Shown: positions 35,137 to 45,868 of the stretch, in pieces | Layout of the letters: the number at the start of each line of letters is the position of its first letter | Position numbering within the stretch: the first letter of the stretch is position 1 | Origin: Oscillospiraceae bacterium | Lineage (GTDB): Bacteria; Bacillota; Clostridia; Oscillospirales; SIG530 | Length of the DNA: 64,000 bases | Reading direction: 5' to 3' | NCBI GenBank assembly: GCA_015067075.1 | Contig: SVND01000002.1 | Coordinates: 10,087-74,086 of the forward strand | Position numbers and translations under genes: made by a program | Notes under the pieces: generated by a model | Databases searched by the model: none | Seen by the model: only the letters and a program-made list of their open reading frames with translations | Told to the model about the DNA's origin: nothing

Positions 35137-36415
35137 CGAAAAGTCCCTCCTCGTGTGTCGATGTTATTTTTACGTTTATGACCTTTCCGCTGATATCCCT
35201 GTCGGACTTGGCGTGGACACAGATATAGTTTTCGGAAAATCCATCGTATACGCCTGCGCTTTTTTCTCTTTCAAAGAGCACGGACAGCGTTTTACCGATG
35301 AACGATGCTTCATATTGACGCCGTGTTTCATCAGTTGCCGCAATCATGGCGGCGGAACGCTCCGCTTTCACAGGCTCGGGAATCTGGTTTGGCATTTTAT
35401 CTGCCAAGGTGCCTTTGCGGCGCGAATAGGAAAAAACGTGAGCTCGGGCAAAACCGACGGCTTTTGCAAATTCAAGGGAGCTTGCAAACTCATCATCCGT
35501 TTCACCGGGAAAACCGACCATAATATCTGTAGTTATTGCTCCATTGGGGAAGACCTTGCGAATTTTTTCTACTGCTTGCATATACTGCTCGGCAGTATAG
35601 TGGCGATGCATACGCTTAAGCGTTTCAGTGCATCCGCTTTGCAGAGAAAGGTGAAATTGCGGGCAAAAGCCGGGAATAGATGCCAAAGATGCGAGAAATT
35701 CATCGGTGATAACCACGGGCTCAAGGGAGCCAAGTCGAATGCGCGTCGTCACGGACTCGCGGCTTATCATTGCCATAAGGTCGGCAAGGGAGGTGTCGGT
35801 GCCTCTTCCGTAGGATGCAAGGTGGATGCCGCAAAGGACTATCTCACAAAAGCCCGCTTCCGCAAGAGCTTTTACCTCGCTGACAGCTTCATCGGGAGCT
35901 TTGGAGCGAAGCGGACCGCGGGCAAAGGGGATAATGCAATATGTACAAAAATTGCGGCAGCCGTCTTGAATCTTCACGGTGGCACGCGTTCTGTCAGTCA
36001 TCTTCGATATGAGCGACGGCGTAAAGGTGTGGATATTTTCAAGCAGACCGACTTCGCGCAAAGGCAAGCATGATATTCCATCACGTTTTGAGATGAAATC
36101 GCAAATTATTTGTGCGGCGTGATTTTTCTCCTCTGTACCGATGAGTATATCGGCGTGGGGAACGTTTTCCGACGTTTGAGGCAGACAACCTGCGGCGACA
36201 ATAACGGCGTTGGGGTTGAGCCTGCGTGCACGGGAGAGGATCTGGCGTGATTTTTTATCGCTGACGGCTGTTACGGTGCAGGTGTTTACAATGTAAACAT
36301 CGGCAATGTCGCTGAAATCAACGGTATCAAAGCCTCGCTGTTCCATTTGCTCGCGCATGACCTCGGTCTCGTATTGATTTACCTTACAGCCTAATGTGTA
36401 ATATGCAGCTTTCAT
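35123..36415 (-). CDS. mtaB: tRNA t6A37 methylthiotransferase MtaB (radical SAM, MiaB family)
   Basis: MKAAYYTLGCKVNQYETE.. (UPF0004 domain), radical SAM motif CRNFCTYCIIP, C-terminal TRAM-like end. Confidence 0.85.
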   Translation of the reverse strand: MKAAYYTLGCKVNQYETEVMREQMEQRGFDTVDFSDIADVYIVNTCTVTAVSDKKSRQILSRARRLNPNAVIVAAGCLPQTSENVPHADILIGTEEKNHAAQIICDFISKRDGISCLPLREVGLLENIHTFTPSLISKMTDRTRATVKIQDGCRNFCTYCIIPFARGPLRSKAPDEAVSEVKALAEAGFCEIVLCGIHLASYGRGTDTSLADLMAMISRESVTTRIRLGSLEPVVITDEFLASLASIPGFCPQFHLSLQSGCTETLKRMHRHYTAEQYMQAVEKIRKVFPNGAITTDIMVGFPGETDDEFASSLEFAKAVGFARAHVFSYSRRKGTLADKMPNQIPEPVKAERSAAMIAATDETRRQYEASFIGKTLSVLFEREKSAGVYDGFSENYICVHAKSDRDISGKVINVKITSTHEEGLFGELI

Positions 36416-36433
36416 AGAGCTCCTTTTTTGAAT

Positions 36434-36464
36434 AAAGCCTGTTCAAAAAATCTGAACAGGCTTT
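36434..36464 (-). terminator. hairpin terminator after infB
   Basis: AAAGCCTGTTCA-loop-TGAACAGGCTTT. The U-tract on the minus strand is modest (TTTATT). Confidence 0.6.
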
Positions 36465-36511
36465 TATACAGTAGAATAGGTTGAATAAATAAGAGTTAAA
36501 TGCTGAATTTA

Positions 36512-39145
36512 TCAGCGTTCTACCTCTTTCATTATAAATGCTTCGTAAATATCGCCTTCGCGTACATCATTGAAATGTTCGAGACCGATACCGCATTCAA
36601 AGCCCTGTAATACTTCCTTGGCGTCATCCTTAAAGCGCTTGAGGGAGTCGATCTTATCCTCGGCGATAACAACACCGTCGCGGACGATACGAAGCTGAGC
36701 GTTGCGGGTGATTTTGCCTTCCTTAACATAGCAGCCTGCGATAGTGCCGACACCTGACACTTTGAATGTCTGGCGGACTTCAGCGTAACCGAGAAGCTCT
36801 TCAACGTACTTGGGAGCGAGAAGACCCTTCATAGCGGCAGTGATCTCGTCGATGCAATCGTAGATTACGCGGTATGTGCGGATATCGACCTTGTTTGCTT
36901 CGGCGGAAGCACGTGCTGTGCTGTCGGGACGGACGTTGAAGCCGACGACGATAGCGTTTGAAGCTGATGCAAGCATAATATCGGATTCGTTTATACCGCC
37001 GACACCGCCGTGGATGACGCGGACACGAACTTCTTCATTGGAAAGCTTTTCAAGAGACGTCTTAATGGCTTCCACAGAGCCTTGAACGTCAGCCTTGACG
37101 ATGAGGTTAAGGTCAAGAGTGCCCTGACCAAGCTGATTGAACAGATCCTCAAGACCGCCCTTCTGATTGAGCTTGAATATACGCTCTTTTTCTTCGTCAC
37201 GGCGCTGGTCAGCAAGCTGACGAGCCATTTTTTCATCGGCAACAGCGTAGAAAAGGTCGCCTGCAGAGGGAACTTCCGCAAGACCGATTATTTCAACGGG
37301 AACGGAGGGCGCGGCTGCATCTATCTTTTTGCCCTTGTCGTTTGTCATGGCGCGGACTCTGCCGACAGATGTGCCAGCAATGATTATATCACCTGAATGG
37401 AGCGTACCGTTTTGGACAAGAAGCGTTGCCACTACGCCGCGGCCTTTATCAAGTCTTGACTCGATAACGATACCCTTTGCGGCACGGTCGGGATTTGCAC
37501 GGAGATTTTGCATATCAGCGACGAGAAGTACCATTTCCAAAAGCTCTGGAATACCTGTCTTTTCAAGAGCGGAAACGGGAACGCATATGGTATCGCCACC
37601 CCATTCTTCGACAACAAGACCGTGCTCGGTGAGCTGTTGTTTGATTCTGTCGGGATTTGCCGTGTATTTATCCATCTTGTTCATGGCGACGATAATAGGA
37701 ACGTTTGCCGCCTTTGCATGGTTGATAGCTTCGATAGTTTGCGGCATGATACCGTCGTCGGCGGCGACAACGAGGATAGCAATATCCGTTGCCTGTGCGC
37801 CTCGGGCACGCATGGCGGTGAACGCCTCGTGACCGGGAGTGTCAAGGAAGGTAATATCTCTGCCGTCGATGTTTACGCGGTAAGCACCGATGTGCTGAGT
37901 AATGCCGCCTGCTTCTGTAGAAGTAACGTGAGAGTTTTTGATAGCGTCGAGAAGGGAAGTCTTACCGTGGTCAACGTGACCCATAACAACGACGACGGGC
38001 GCACGCGGTACAAGGTTCTCATCTGTATCAACGCTGTCGTCAATAAGACGCTCTTCGATTGTGACAACTATCTCATGCTCTACCTTTGCGCCAAGCTCCT
38101 CGGCACAGATTGCGGCTGTATCAAAGTCGATGACCTGAGATGCGTTTGCCATAACACCAAGAGAAATAAGCTTTTTAACGACCTCGGCGACGTTTTTCTT
38201 AAGGCGTGTCGCAAGCTCGCCGACGGAGATCTCGTCGGGAATGGTGATCTTCAAGGGAGCTTTCTTTGCCTTTTCAAGGGCGAGTCTGTTGAGCTTTTCA
38301 GCTTCAGTTTCACGCTTGCCGAAGGGCTTGCTCTGGTTTTTCTTTATTTTTTGCGTTTCCTTACCGGAATTCTTAAGACGGTCGGGAACGAAGTTTTCAA
38401 GACGTTCATCGTATTTTGAAAGGTCAACGTGAGCGCCTGCACCTCTTGTGTCGACTACGCGGCGCTTTTGCTCCTCGATAGTTGTAACGGCAACGGGCTG
38501 CTGCGGTTGATTCTGGATGGGCTTTGCAGGCTGCTTTTGCTGTTTTTGAGGATTGCGCGGCTGCTGAGGAGCGCGCTGTTGTGTCTCAAAGGTACGTTGC
38601 TTTTTCTGATCGCGCTGATTCTGTTGGGGCTGAGCCTGATGAGGTTTTTCTGCCTTTTCAGGCTTTTTAGCTGCTTCCTGTTGGGGTTTCTTGGCAACTT
38701 CCTGTTGCGGCTTTTTAGTATCGGCGGCAACGGTCGTGTCGATTTTAACGGAGCTGATATTGGATGCCTTTTCCTTTGCAGGCTGCTTTGCGGGAGCTTT
38801 AGCAGCAGGTTTTTCGCTCTTTGCTTCAGCCTTTTTCGGCTCTTTTACGGTCTCTGTTTTTGTGGGAGCTTCTTCTGGCACCTTTTCAGCTATAGGCTCA
38901 GCTGATGCTTCTTCCTTAGCAACAGGCTTTACGAGAGCAAAATACGGCTCAAAATCAGCGGCTTCCTTTTGTTTTGTGAAGTAGTCAAAGAGCAGGTCAA
39001 GCTCCTTGTCCTCAAGTATGGTCATGTGATTTTTCGGTGTCATGCCGTACTTAGTCAATACGTCGGCAACATCCTTTGTTTTGACACCCATATCTTTAGC
39101 AAATTCGTGTACTCTATATTTCATATTAGCCATATTATCGATCAT
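36512..39145 (-). CDS. infB: translation initiation factor IF-2
   Basis: [13 protein letters not shown]1 motif, DTPGH, NKMD, and a long Lys/Gln/Pro/Ala-rich N-terminal region. Sits at the end of the nusA operon. Confidence 0.97.
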   Translation of the reverse strand: MIDNMANMKYRVHEFAKDMGVKTKDVADVLTKYGMTPKNHMTILEDKELDLLFDYFTKQKEAADFEPYFALVKPVAKEEASAEPIAEKVPEEAPTKTETVKEPKKAEAKSEKPAAKAPAKQPAKEKASNISSVKIDTTVAADTKKPQQEVAKKPQQEAAKKPEKAEKPHQAQPQQNQRDQKKQRTFETQQRAPQQPRNPQKQQKQPAKPIQNQPQQPVAVTTIEEQKRRVVDTRGAGAHVDLSKYDERLENFVPDRLKNSGKETQKIKKNQSKPFGKRETEAEKLNRLALEKAKKAPLKITIPDEISVGELATRLKKNVAEVVKKLISLGVMANASQVIDFDTAAICAEELGAKVEHEIVVTIEERLIDDSVDTDENLVPRAPVVVVMGHVDHGKTSLLDAIKNSHVTSTEAGGITQHIGAYRVNIDGRDITFLDTPGHEAFTAMRARGAQATDIAILVVAADDGIMPQTIEAINHAKAANVPIIVAMNKMDKYTANPDRIKQQLTEHGLVVEEWGGDTICVPVSALEKTGIPELLEMVLLVADMQNLRANPDRAAKGIVIESRLDKGRGVVATLLVQNGTLHSGDIIIAGTSVGRVRAMTNDKGKKIDAAAPSVPVEIIGLAEVPSAGDLFYAVADEKMARQLADQRRDEEKERIFKLNQKGGLEDLFNQLGQGTLDLNLIVKADVQGSVEAIKTSLEKLSNEEVRVRVIHGGVGGINESDIMLASASNAIVVGFNVRPDSTARASAEANKVDIRTYRVIYDCIDEITAAMKGLLAPKYVEELLGYAEVRQTFKVSGVGTIAGCYVKEGKITRNAQLRIVRDGVVIAEDKIDSLKRFKDDAKEVLQGFECGIGLEHFNDVREGDIYEAFIMKEVER

Positions 39146-39456
39146 TCCTTCCCTTTAAAAAGCTCAATGATTGCTTTTGCAAAGCCTCTGTGTGCAATGC
39201 CTATTACAGCCGCCTCGGTAAATCCGATGGCGTGACCGAGCTGTGCTTTAGTTAGCTCGCTTTCGGCAAGGGGTACTTCATAGAGCTTAGATATATTAAG
39301 AGCTTTCTTTGATGCGTTTTTGGCGGCGTCTGCCGCGGTTATAATGAGACTGCAGGTTCCGCGGTCACACGCATCGTAAATGTTGTCAAGTCCTATGACA
39401 ACTCGGCCTGCATTTCTTGCAAGTCCTACAAGACCGCAAATTCTTTGATTTATCAT
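39142..39456 (-). CDS. ylxQ: L7Ae/L30e-family RNA-binding protein YlxQ
   Basis: Position between ylxR and infB with 4-nt overlaps. Sequence ..[12 protein letters not shown].. is characteristic. Confidence 0.8.
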   Translation of the reverse strand: MINQRICGLVGLARNAGRVVIGLDNIYDACDRGTCSLIITAADAAKNASKKALNISKLYEVPLAESELTKAQLGHAIGFTEAAVIGIAHRGFAKAIIELFKGKE

Positions 39457-39758
39457 GTGTTCGCTTCACCATCCTTTTCGGCATCATTATCGGCTTGCTC
39501 AATTTGTTCGATAAGTGCATCGTATATTTCGTCGGCGATAGGCGAGGAAAATGCTTTTTCAAGCCGTTTTGCCTTGCGCGCCTTTTTCAGACATTCCGCA
39601 TTCTTGCATATATATGAGCCGCGTCCGGGTGCTTTTCCTTTGAAATCAAGGGAAACGTTGCCTTCAGCACTTCGCACGATGCGGATAAGCTCTTTTTTAG
39701 GGAACATCTGCATACAGCCGACGCACATTCTCATCGGTATTTTTCGCATTTTCGTCAC
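39453..39758 (-). CDS. ylxR: YlxR-family RNA-binding protein (DUF448)
   Basis: MRKIPMRMCVGCMQMFPKKELIRIV..GRGSYIC.. is the hallmark. Confidence 0.87.
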   Translation of the reverse strand: MTKMRKIPMRMCVGCMQMFPKKELIRIVRSAEGNVSLDFKGKAPGRGSYICKNAECLKKARKAKRLEKAFSSPIADEIYDALIEQIEQADNDAEKDGEANT

Positions 39759-39769
39759 CTACTTCCGGT

Positions 39770-40795
39770 TTATTTGCAAACTATGTCTATTTTCAAACCT
39801 GTAACGCGAGCGGCAAGACGGACGTTTTGTCCTTCCTTACCTATAGCGAGGGAAAGCTGATCTTCGGGAACGGTCGCGCGGAAAGTCTTTTCAGCAATCA
39901 TTTCTACGTTGAGAACCTCGGCGGGAGCGATGGCTGCCGCAACAAATTTAAGGGGATCTTCACTGTAACGGATAAGGTCTATCTTTTCACCGTTGAGTTC
40001 TTCGACCATGTTGGAAATTCTTACACGCTTAGGTCCGATGCAAGCGCCGATGGGATCTACATTGGGATCGGCAGATGCGACAGCAACCTTGGTGCGGCTT
40101 CCTGCTTCACGGGAAATGGACTTTACTTCAACAGTACCGTCGAAAACTTCGGGAACTTCCATCTCGAAAAGACGGCGGACAAAGCCGGGGTGAGAGCGGG
40201 AGATAACTATCTGCGTGCCCTTGATGCCCTTGCGAACGTCAACAACGAAAACCTTGATGGAATCGCCTTCGTGATATACTTCGCCTGCAATCTGCTCGTT
40301 AGGCATAAGGATAGCCTCTGCCTTGGGAAGCTCAACTGTAATGGCGTTTGTTTTCGGATCTATTTTGCGAACGACGCCTGTGATTATTTCATGGTGCTTG
40401 CTTTCAAATTCCTTATGTGTAGCATCACGTTCAGCCTCGCGGATACCCTGAATAATGACCTGCTTTGCAGTCTGAGCGGCGATACGGCCGAAGTTTTTCG
40501 TTTTGATCTCAACCTCTACAGTGTCGTCGAGCATATATTTTTTTCCGATGGTGTGAGCCTGCTCAAGACTGATCTCGCAGTTGGGATCGAGCACTTCTTC
40601 AACGACTTTTTTGCGAAGGTATACCTTTACGTCGCCCGTAGTATCGCTGATAGTTACTTTAACGTCTTCTGCACCGTTGAAATCCTTTTTTACAGCGGTA
40701 AGAAGAGCCATCTCGATTTTTTCCTTCATATAATCGCGGGGGATGTTCTTTTCTTTTTCAAGCAGATCAAGTGCTAACAAAATTTCGTTGTTCAC
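39770..40795 (-). CDS. nusA: transcription termination/antitermination factor NusA
   Basis: N-terminus ..LLALDLLEKEKNI.., an S1 domain and two KH domains (..PIGACIGPKRVRISNMVEELNGEKIDLI.., ..LAIGKEGQNVRLAARVTGLKIDI). Confidence 0.95.
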   Translation of the reverse strand: MNNEILLALDLLEKEKNIPRDYMKEKIEMALLTAVKKDFNGAEDVKVTISDTTGDVKVYLRKKVVEEVLDPNCEISLEQAHTIGKKYMLDDTVEVEIKTKNFGRIAAQTAKQVIIQGIREAERDATHKEFESKHHEIITGVVRKIDPKTNAITVELPKAEAILMPNEQIAGEVYHEGDSIKVFVVDVRKGIKGTQIVISRSHPGFVRRLFEMEVPEVFDGTVEVKSISREAGSRTKVAVASADPNVDPIGACIGPKRVRISNMVEELNGEKIDLIRYSEDPLKFVAAAIAPAEVLNVEMIAEKTFRATVPEDQLSLAIGKEGQNVRLAARVTGLKIDIVCK

Positions 40796-40827
40796 GATTC
40801 TTTCCTCTCTGTTCGTATAATAATGTA

Positions 40828-41307
40828 CTAAAAAATAATTTTTAAACGGATATACGCAGCATCACTGCGCTTGAATACGATCTGTTCGCCTTTTTCGTCG
40901 GTCAAGGTGACATTTTCGCCGTCGTATGCGCTGAGTGTACCTGAAACTTCGCGCTTACCGCCCTTGCCGCCGAGCGCTTTGTAGAATTTAGCTTCAACCT
41001 GCTCGCCCATGTAACGGTCAAAATCCTTCTGAAGTTTGAGCGGACGGTCAAGACCGAGGGAGGAGACCTGCAATCTGTAGGGCGTTTTGATTATATCGGC
41101 ATCATCCAAAGGCTCGTCAATAAGCCTGCTCATGTTTTCGCAGTCATTGATGGAAATTCCCTCAGGTTTGTCGATGTAAAGGCAAAGGATCCAATCGGCA
41201 CCTTCCTTTTTAAATTCAACGTCCCACAAGGTAAGGCCCAGCTGTTCAGCATAAGGCGCGCAAAGCTTTTCCACGGCTGATGCTATGTCAATTCTGCCTG
41301 TACTCAC
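40828..41307 (-). CDS. rimP: ribosome maturation factor RimP
   Basis: ..YAEQLGLTLWDVEFKKEG..ILCLYIDKPEGISINDCE.. I prefer the GTG start at 41307, which has an AAGGAGG RBS 7 nt upstream. The longer track ORF (to 41394) lacks an RBS. Confidence 0.88.
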   Translation of the reverse strand: MSTGRIDIASAVEKLCAPYAEQLGLTLWDVEFKKEGADWILCLYIDKPEGISINDCENMSRLIDEPLDDADIIKTPYRLQVSSLGLDRPLKLQKDFDRYMGEQVEAKFYKALGGKGGKREVSGTLSAYDGENVTLTDEKGEQIVFKRSDAAYIRLKIIF

Positions 41308-41438
41308 AAATTTTCCTCCTTGCATAAACAACGGAGAGCGGCAAAACCACTCTCCGATAGTAATCATACTAAACTTACTTTGATAGTATAACATATTTTA
41401 AATTGAATTGCAAGTGTTTTTTTGAAAAAATTTAATAA

Positions 41439-42569
41439 TTACAAAGTAATTTTACGCAATTTTTCGCAATAATACTGTATATTTTCCCATTTAGCTTCGG
41501 GAGTTATACGATGGTCGGGGCAGGGAATGTATCCGCCGAGAGCAATGAGGGGCTTAAGACGCTCTATTTCAGCATCTACTGCCGCGTAATCCTGCTCGAA
41601 AATGTGCTTGCACATACCGCCTACGCCGCGGATGGTCTTGCCGTATTTTTCACGCCACGGTGCGATGCTTGCGTGCCATGTGCCGTATTCAATGGGGAAC
41701 ATGGTGGTTACTCCGCCGTCAAGCCAAACAGGAATGAGCGCATCGATAAAGCCGTCACAGTCGACGGAAACATTGCGGATGCCGTAGGATTTTACAAGGT
41801 CGGTTATGCGCTTATATTGGGGCAGAACGTATTCGCGGAAAACGGAGGGGGAAACGAGCGGTCCGTTTTTAAAGCAGATATCCTCCCAAAAATGTGCAAA
41901 ATCAAAGGTAACGCCGCTTTCAAGCTCTGCTTTGACTATCTTGTACCACAAAGAGCCCATAGTTTCGATCATTTCTGCGAAAAGATCCTCGTCATCGGCA
42001 TAAAGGTAAGAAATACCCTCAACGCCCATGAAATCACGAAGCGTGCCGTACATACTTCCGCAGTATATGCCGAGGGGGTATTCCATATCGCGGTTTTTGA
42101 GTGACTGAAGATAGCCACTGTCAATTCTGTCCTCGCTAAATTGCATACGGGGCAGGAAATGCTCCTCCCAGCTTGTGCGGTCTTTGAGAACATGATCAAC
42201 CTCAGCGGGGATAGAGCCGGCATCGCCGCGGTGTTTCTCGATAACGCCGTAGGGATTTTGCCAAAGCTCAAAGCCGTCGGGCGTTTCGCCGATTTTTTTC
42301 TGCTCAAAATTGTGAGAAAGTGCCCCCATACCGCTTCTGGGAAACGCTACGGTGAAGTAGTTATAATCGAAACCGAGCTTTTCCGAAATAATTCGGTCGG
42401 ACGGAGTGCCGTCGCCGCAGGTGTTTGCAAGCTCGGCTGTTATATGGCCTTCGCGAACCCACTTTTGAAGGGCTTCGCCCCAAAATCCGAAATGAACAAC
42501 AGGGATCCTATCTGCTTTTTCGTAATTAAGTACTGCTAAAAGTCGTTCTCTGTGTGTCATATACGTCAC
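41439..42569 (-). CDS. uroporphyrinogen decarboxylase (URO-D)-family protein, MtaA/CmuA-like
   Basis: Family-level recognition from length, the N-terminus ..THRERLLAVLNYEKADRIPV.. and the C-terminus ..GGYIPCPDHRI.. No corrinoid partner gene is adjacent. Confidence 0.7.
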   Translation of the reverse strand: MTYMTHRERLLAVLNYEKADRIPVVHFGFWGEALQKWVREGHITAELANTCGDGTPSDRIISEKLGFDYNYFTVAFPRSGMGALSHNFEQKKIGETPDGFELWQNPYGVIEKHRGDAGSIPAEVDHVLKDRTSWEEHFLPRMQFSEDRIDSGYLQSLKNRDMEYPLGIYCGSMYGTLRDFMGVEGISYLYADDEDLFAEMIETMGSLWYKIVKAELESGVTFDFAHFWEDICFKNGPLVSPSVFREYVLPQYKRITDLVKSYGIRNVSVDCDGFIDALIPVWLDGGVTTMFPIEYGTWHASIAPWREKYGKTIRGVGGMCKHIFEQDYAAVDAEIERLKPLIALGGYIPCPDHRITPEAKWENIQYYCEKLRKITL

Positions 42570-42653
42570 CTATGCCTTTCCTCGTTTATGTGATTTTAAC
42601 ATAGTAAAACTAATTCGTCAATGTAAAAAAGAGCGTTTTTTTGTAAAAAAGAG

Positions 42654-43484
42654 CTATATTCCTTCGCTTTCATCTGTGTTGGTATTTTCCGCAGGCGTAG
42701 GGATGAAATTTTGGACGAATTTGCCCTTGCCGCGGGTGCGGACATAGAAAAATCCGATAAAGGAGAAGACAACGGCGCCGATAAAGTTTACAAATAGATC
42801 CTTCATCGTATCGTAAAGCCCAATGTCGATATATCCGCCGTATGCGGCGAGCCAATCGTTGCCGTTTACAGCTACGCTTTCGATGGGAAGATGAACGACC
42901 TTGTTAAGGCCGTCAGGGTCGAGAGTGACGGAGTTGATCTGCGAGATGATGGCATCCTTTTGCATATCAGTGTGCAAAAGGATATCTGCACCGAATTCGA
43001 AAAATTCCCACAAAACGCCGATCGTCATGGAAAAGCAAAACGCCGCCATTGCCATGTAAAACGGTGAGAGTGAAACAGAGGGGCGCTGACGTCTGTTCAA
43101 AAGGTCAACGGTGGAAAAGCCGATAGCGGCGCAAAGAAAGCCGTTTATGGTGTGGAGCATCGTGTCCCAAAATGAAAATATGGTATAAAAGGAGTGAAGC
43201 TCACCGAGAATTTCTGCGGCAAAAATGAAAAGATATACGATGATCTCAAGGGCGTCGGGCAGTTCTATGCGAAACTGCTTTTTTGCAAAGCTCGGCAAGG
43301 TGAAAAGCACTAAGGTCAGCACGCACAAAAATACGTTTTCGTAATTTTTATTGAAAAGCTGAAGGATCAGCGCGGTGATAACTAAAAAACGTAAAATGAA
43401 ATATGCTATAAAAGTCTTTTTATGAGCCTTGTATTGCTCGCGCAAACGAAGAATAAACCTTTCTTTTTTATCTTTGGATTTCAT
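42654..43484 (-). CDS. polytopic membrane protein (possibly YjdF/DUF2238-like)
   Basis: At least 6 hydrophobic helices. ..FWDTMLHTINGFLCAAIGF.. resembles the DUF2238 core. The family call is tentative. Confidence 0.55.
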   Translation of the reverse strand: MKSKDKKERFILRLREQYKAHKKTFIAYFILRFLVITALILQLFNKNYENVFLCVLTLVLFTLPSFAKKQFRIELPDALEIIVYLFIFAAEILGELHSFYTIFSFWDTMLHTINGFLCAAIGFSTVDLLNRRQRPSVSLSPFYMAMAAFCFSMTIGVLWEFFEFGADILLHTDMQKDAIISQINSVTLDPDGLNKVVHLPIESVAVNGNDWLAAYGGYIDIGLYDTMKDLFVNFIGAVVFSFIGFFYVRTRGKGKFVQNFIPTPAENTNTDESEGI

Positions 43485-43501
43485 AGTTATACCTCAAACA
43501 G

Positions 43502-44320
43502 CTATTGCTGTTTTATAATATCGGCAAGAGAAAAATTGCCCGTGTACGAAGCACTGCTTGCCTCGCCGTTTTTAAACGTTACCTTTACAATAGTTTGTAA
43601 TTTTTTTGTTTCAAAATCAACTTTTCCGCTGTCGTCCAAAGCTGTAACGAGAAATACATAGCAAGTCTTTCCAACGGATGTTTTCTCTTCACAAACGGAG
43701 GAAGCAAATTGCATACGCCATGCGGAATCAAGCAGGTCTGCCTCTTTCGGCGCACCTGCGACAAAATAAATGGCATCGTCCGTTTCTTTAATATAAACGC
43801 CGTTTGCATAGCTGTATTCGCCTTCGGAAAGTCCGGGTGAAAGTTCAGAAGAGTCATGTCGGCAACGGCGGGCGGCAGAGGTGAGAAGCTCCTGAGTTGC
43901 TCCTGCGTTCATAAAAAGGGAATAGGAGATACCAAGCTCGTCATCGTACCACAAGGCAACGCCCTGCTTGCCGGGGAAATAGCGCAACTCAACGGAGTCA
44001 CCGCCGATTACAGCGCTGGAATTATGGTCGTAGGCAAGCTTTGTTTGCGAAACGTCTGTGTAGCTGTCAGTCTTTGCGGCGCGAAGGGTGTAGTCGATAC
44101 CGCTTATGGAAAAGCGTGCTTCACCGATGTCGTAGCTGTCGGTCTCGTAAGCAAAATAGACCGTATTTGCGGCATTTTCGGGAATGACAAGCTCTGTGCC
44201 GAGAATTGTTTTAACGGTGATTTCGTTGACGGCTCTTGTGGTGTTGTTATTGCAGGCGCATAAAGAAAAAATAAGCGCGGCAATAATGAAAAAAGCTGAA
44301 ATTCTATTTTTTAAAGTCAA
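43502..44320 (-). CDS. hypothetical lipoprotein
   Basis: Lipobox FFIIAALIFSLCAC-NNN. No recognisable domain. Confidence 0.65.
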   Translation of the reverse strand: MTLKNRISAFFIIAALIFSLCACNNNTTRAVNEITVKTILGTELVIPENAANTVYFAYETDSYDIGEARFSISGIDYTLRAAKTDSYTDVSQTKLAYDHNSSAVIGGDSVELRYFPGKQGVALWYDDELGISYSLFMNAGATQELLTSAARRCRHDSSELSPGLSEGEYSYANGVYIKETDDAIYFVAGAPKEADLLDSAWRMQFASSVCEEKTSVGKTCYVFLVTALDDSGKVDFETKKLQTIVKVTFKNGEASSASYTGNFSLADIIKQQ

Positions 44321-44323
44321 TGC

Positions 44324-44899
44324 TTAATCTTCCTTTCCGAAAAGTCCAAGCTCATTCATTTTCTTTTCAATTTCAAGAAAATCATCAAGAGCTTCACCTT
44401 TTTTGTCGGGGGCGCGTAAAAGTGCGGCAGGGTGATATGTGGCGATAATATGAAAAGAGCCGCGTTCAAACCATTTTCCGTGATCGACTGTTATGCGAAA
44501 ATCAGGTCCTATAAGCTTTTTTGCGGCAATTCTGCCAAGACATACGATTATTTTCGGGCGTATAAGACGAACTTGGGCGCGAAGCCATTGCATACATATT
44601 TCCTGCTCCTGCTCAAGCGGATCTCGGTTTTGAGGCGGACGGCATTTTACGATGTTCGCAATGTATATTTTAGTGCGGTCAAGTCCGATGTAGTCGAGAT
44701 ATCTGTCAAGTAAAAGACCTGCAGGACCGACGAAGGCTCTGCCCTTTATATCCTCTTGCTCGCCCGGGCCCTCCCCGATGAACATTATATCAGTCATGGG
44801 ATTTCCGTCGCCGAAAACAACGTTCGTCCGCTTTTCAAAAAGCTGACATTCTTTACACTGTGTGCATTTGTCGCGAAGATCGCTCCATGCGTTTGCCAT
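44324..44899 (-). CDS. uracil-DNA glycosylase, family 4
   Basis: N-terminal Cys cluster CTQCKEC, GEGPGEQEDIKGRAFVGPAG, NIVKCRPPQNRDP, ..TYHPAALLR. Confidence 0.87.
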   Translation of the reverse strand: MANAWSDLRDKCTQCKECQLFEKRTNVVFGDGNPMTDIMFIGEGPGEQEDIKGRAFVGPAGLLLDRYLDYIGLDRTKIYIANIVKCRPPQNRDPLEQEQEICMQWLRAQVRLIRPKIIVCLGRIAAKKLIGPDFRITVDHGKWFERGSFHIIATYHPAALLRAPDKKGEALDDFLEIEKKMNELGLFGKED

Positions 44900-44920
44900 A
44901 TTGATGCATCCTTTTCAAAA

Positions 44921-45868
44921 TTACAATTTTTTCGCCTTTATCATAGCTAGTGCGGCGATGCCGACGGCGTTGTCGCGGGAAAGCTCCGCAGGAGCAAAGC
45001 GGCATTTAAAACGCTTTGTCATGCGAGCGCGTATAATGGAGTTTGACATTACACCGCCTACAAAAAGAATGGGACGTGTACCGTATTGCGTGAATGCGTT
45101 TTCTATAACGGCGCAAAGACTGCGCTCAATATAAGTTAAAAGAAACAGCGCCACGTTTTCAGCGCTTTCACCGTTTTCCAAAAAGCGCAGGCAAAGATTT
45201 TCAGCGCCTGAAAGAGAGCAGGAAAGCCCTTTTACAGAAACGGCGTGGGACAGATTTTTATCGGCGTTTTGAGCAAGCTTGTCTATTTCCTTTCCGCAAG
45301 GGAAGGAAATGCCGAGTTTTACGCCGATACGGTCAACTACCTGACCTGCGTGAAGGTCGCTGGTAGCACCGATGAGCTGACAAGCGATGTCGCCGTCGCG
45401 GTTTTCACAAAGAAGAAGCTCCGTAGTGCCGCCTGAAACGTGGAACGCGTAAAAGCTTTCGGCAAAATCAGGCGTATCGAATGCATCAAGCCCAAAAAGC
45501 CCTGCGGCGATATGTCCTTGCTGATGAGAAAGATCAAAGCAGGGAACACCGAGAGCTGCTGCTATGGTATGAGCGTAGCCTTGACCGACGGTGAAGGCGG
45601 GCATATACGAGCCCTCCACGTTACGCGGTCTTGTTGAAACTCCGACAGCGGCAATGCGCGAGGTGTCAATTTCGCTGAAAAGCTGCTGTAAAAGCGGAGG
45701 AAGGTTGCGGCTGTGCATGAAAACGGCATCGCTTTGTCTGACGCCGCGCATACCGTCGCCGACAGATAAAAGCTGTGTTTTCGATATGTGTTCGTTTTCG
45801 CAAACGATGGCGGCGGAGCTTGTGTAATTGCTGGTATCTATGCCGAGGAAAAGAGGTGAGCTATTCAT
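44921..45868 (-). CDS. Kae1/TsaD (glycoprotease, ASKHA)-family paralog
   Basis: GIDTSNYTSSAAIV (compare GIETSCDETAAAV in TsaD) and SHQQGHIAAG (HxxxH metal motif). Overlaps the nusB stop by 8 nt. Confidence 0.65.
   Translation of the reverse strand: MNSSPLFLGIDTSNYTSSAAIVCENEHISKTQLLSVGDGMRGVRQSDAVFMHSRNLPPLLQQLFSEIDTSRIAAVGVSTRPRNVEGSYMPAFTVGQGYAHTIAAALGVPCFDLSHQQGHIAAGLFGLDAFDTPDFAESFYAFHVSGGTTELLLCENRDGDIACQLIGATSDLHAGQVVDRIGVKLGISFPCGKEIDKLAQNADKNLSHAVSVKGLSCSLSGAENLCLRFLENGESAENVALFLLTYIERSLCAVIENAFTQYGTRPILFVGGVMSNSIIRARMTKRFKCRFAPAELSRDNAVGIAALAMIKAKKL

Noticed and set aside
35087-36073. 328-aa ORF on the + strand
   Set aside because: It is entirely antisense to mtaB/pfkB, whose products have clear family motifs. 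Its sequence is low-complexity and Cys/Arg/Gly-rich with no RBS, so it is a shadow ORF.
37508-38905. 303-aa and 158-aa + strand ORFs
   Set aside because: They are antisense to infB, including its Lys/Gln/Pro-rich low-complexity region. They have no motifs or RBS and are shadow ORFs.
39827-40777. 316-aa + strand ORF
   Set aside because: It is antisense to nusA over almost its full length, making it a shadow ORF.
41308-41394. Longer rimP ORF (188 aa)
   Set aside because: The extra N-terminal 29 residues have no RBS and are not RimP-like. The GTG at 41307 has a perfect AAGGAGG RBS.
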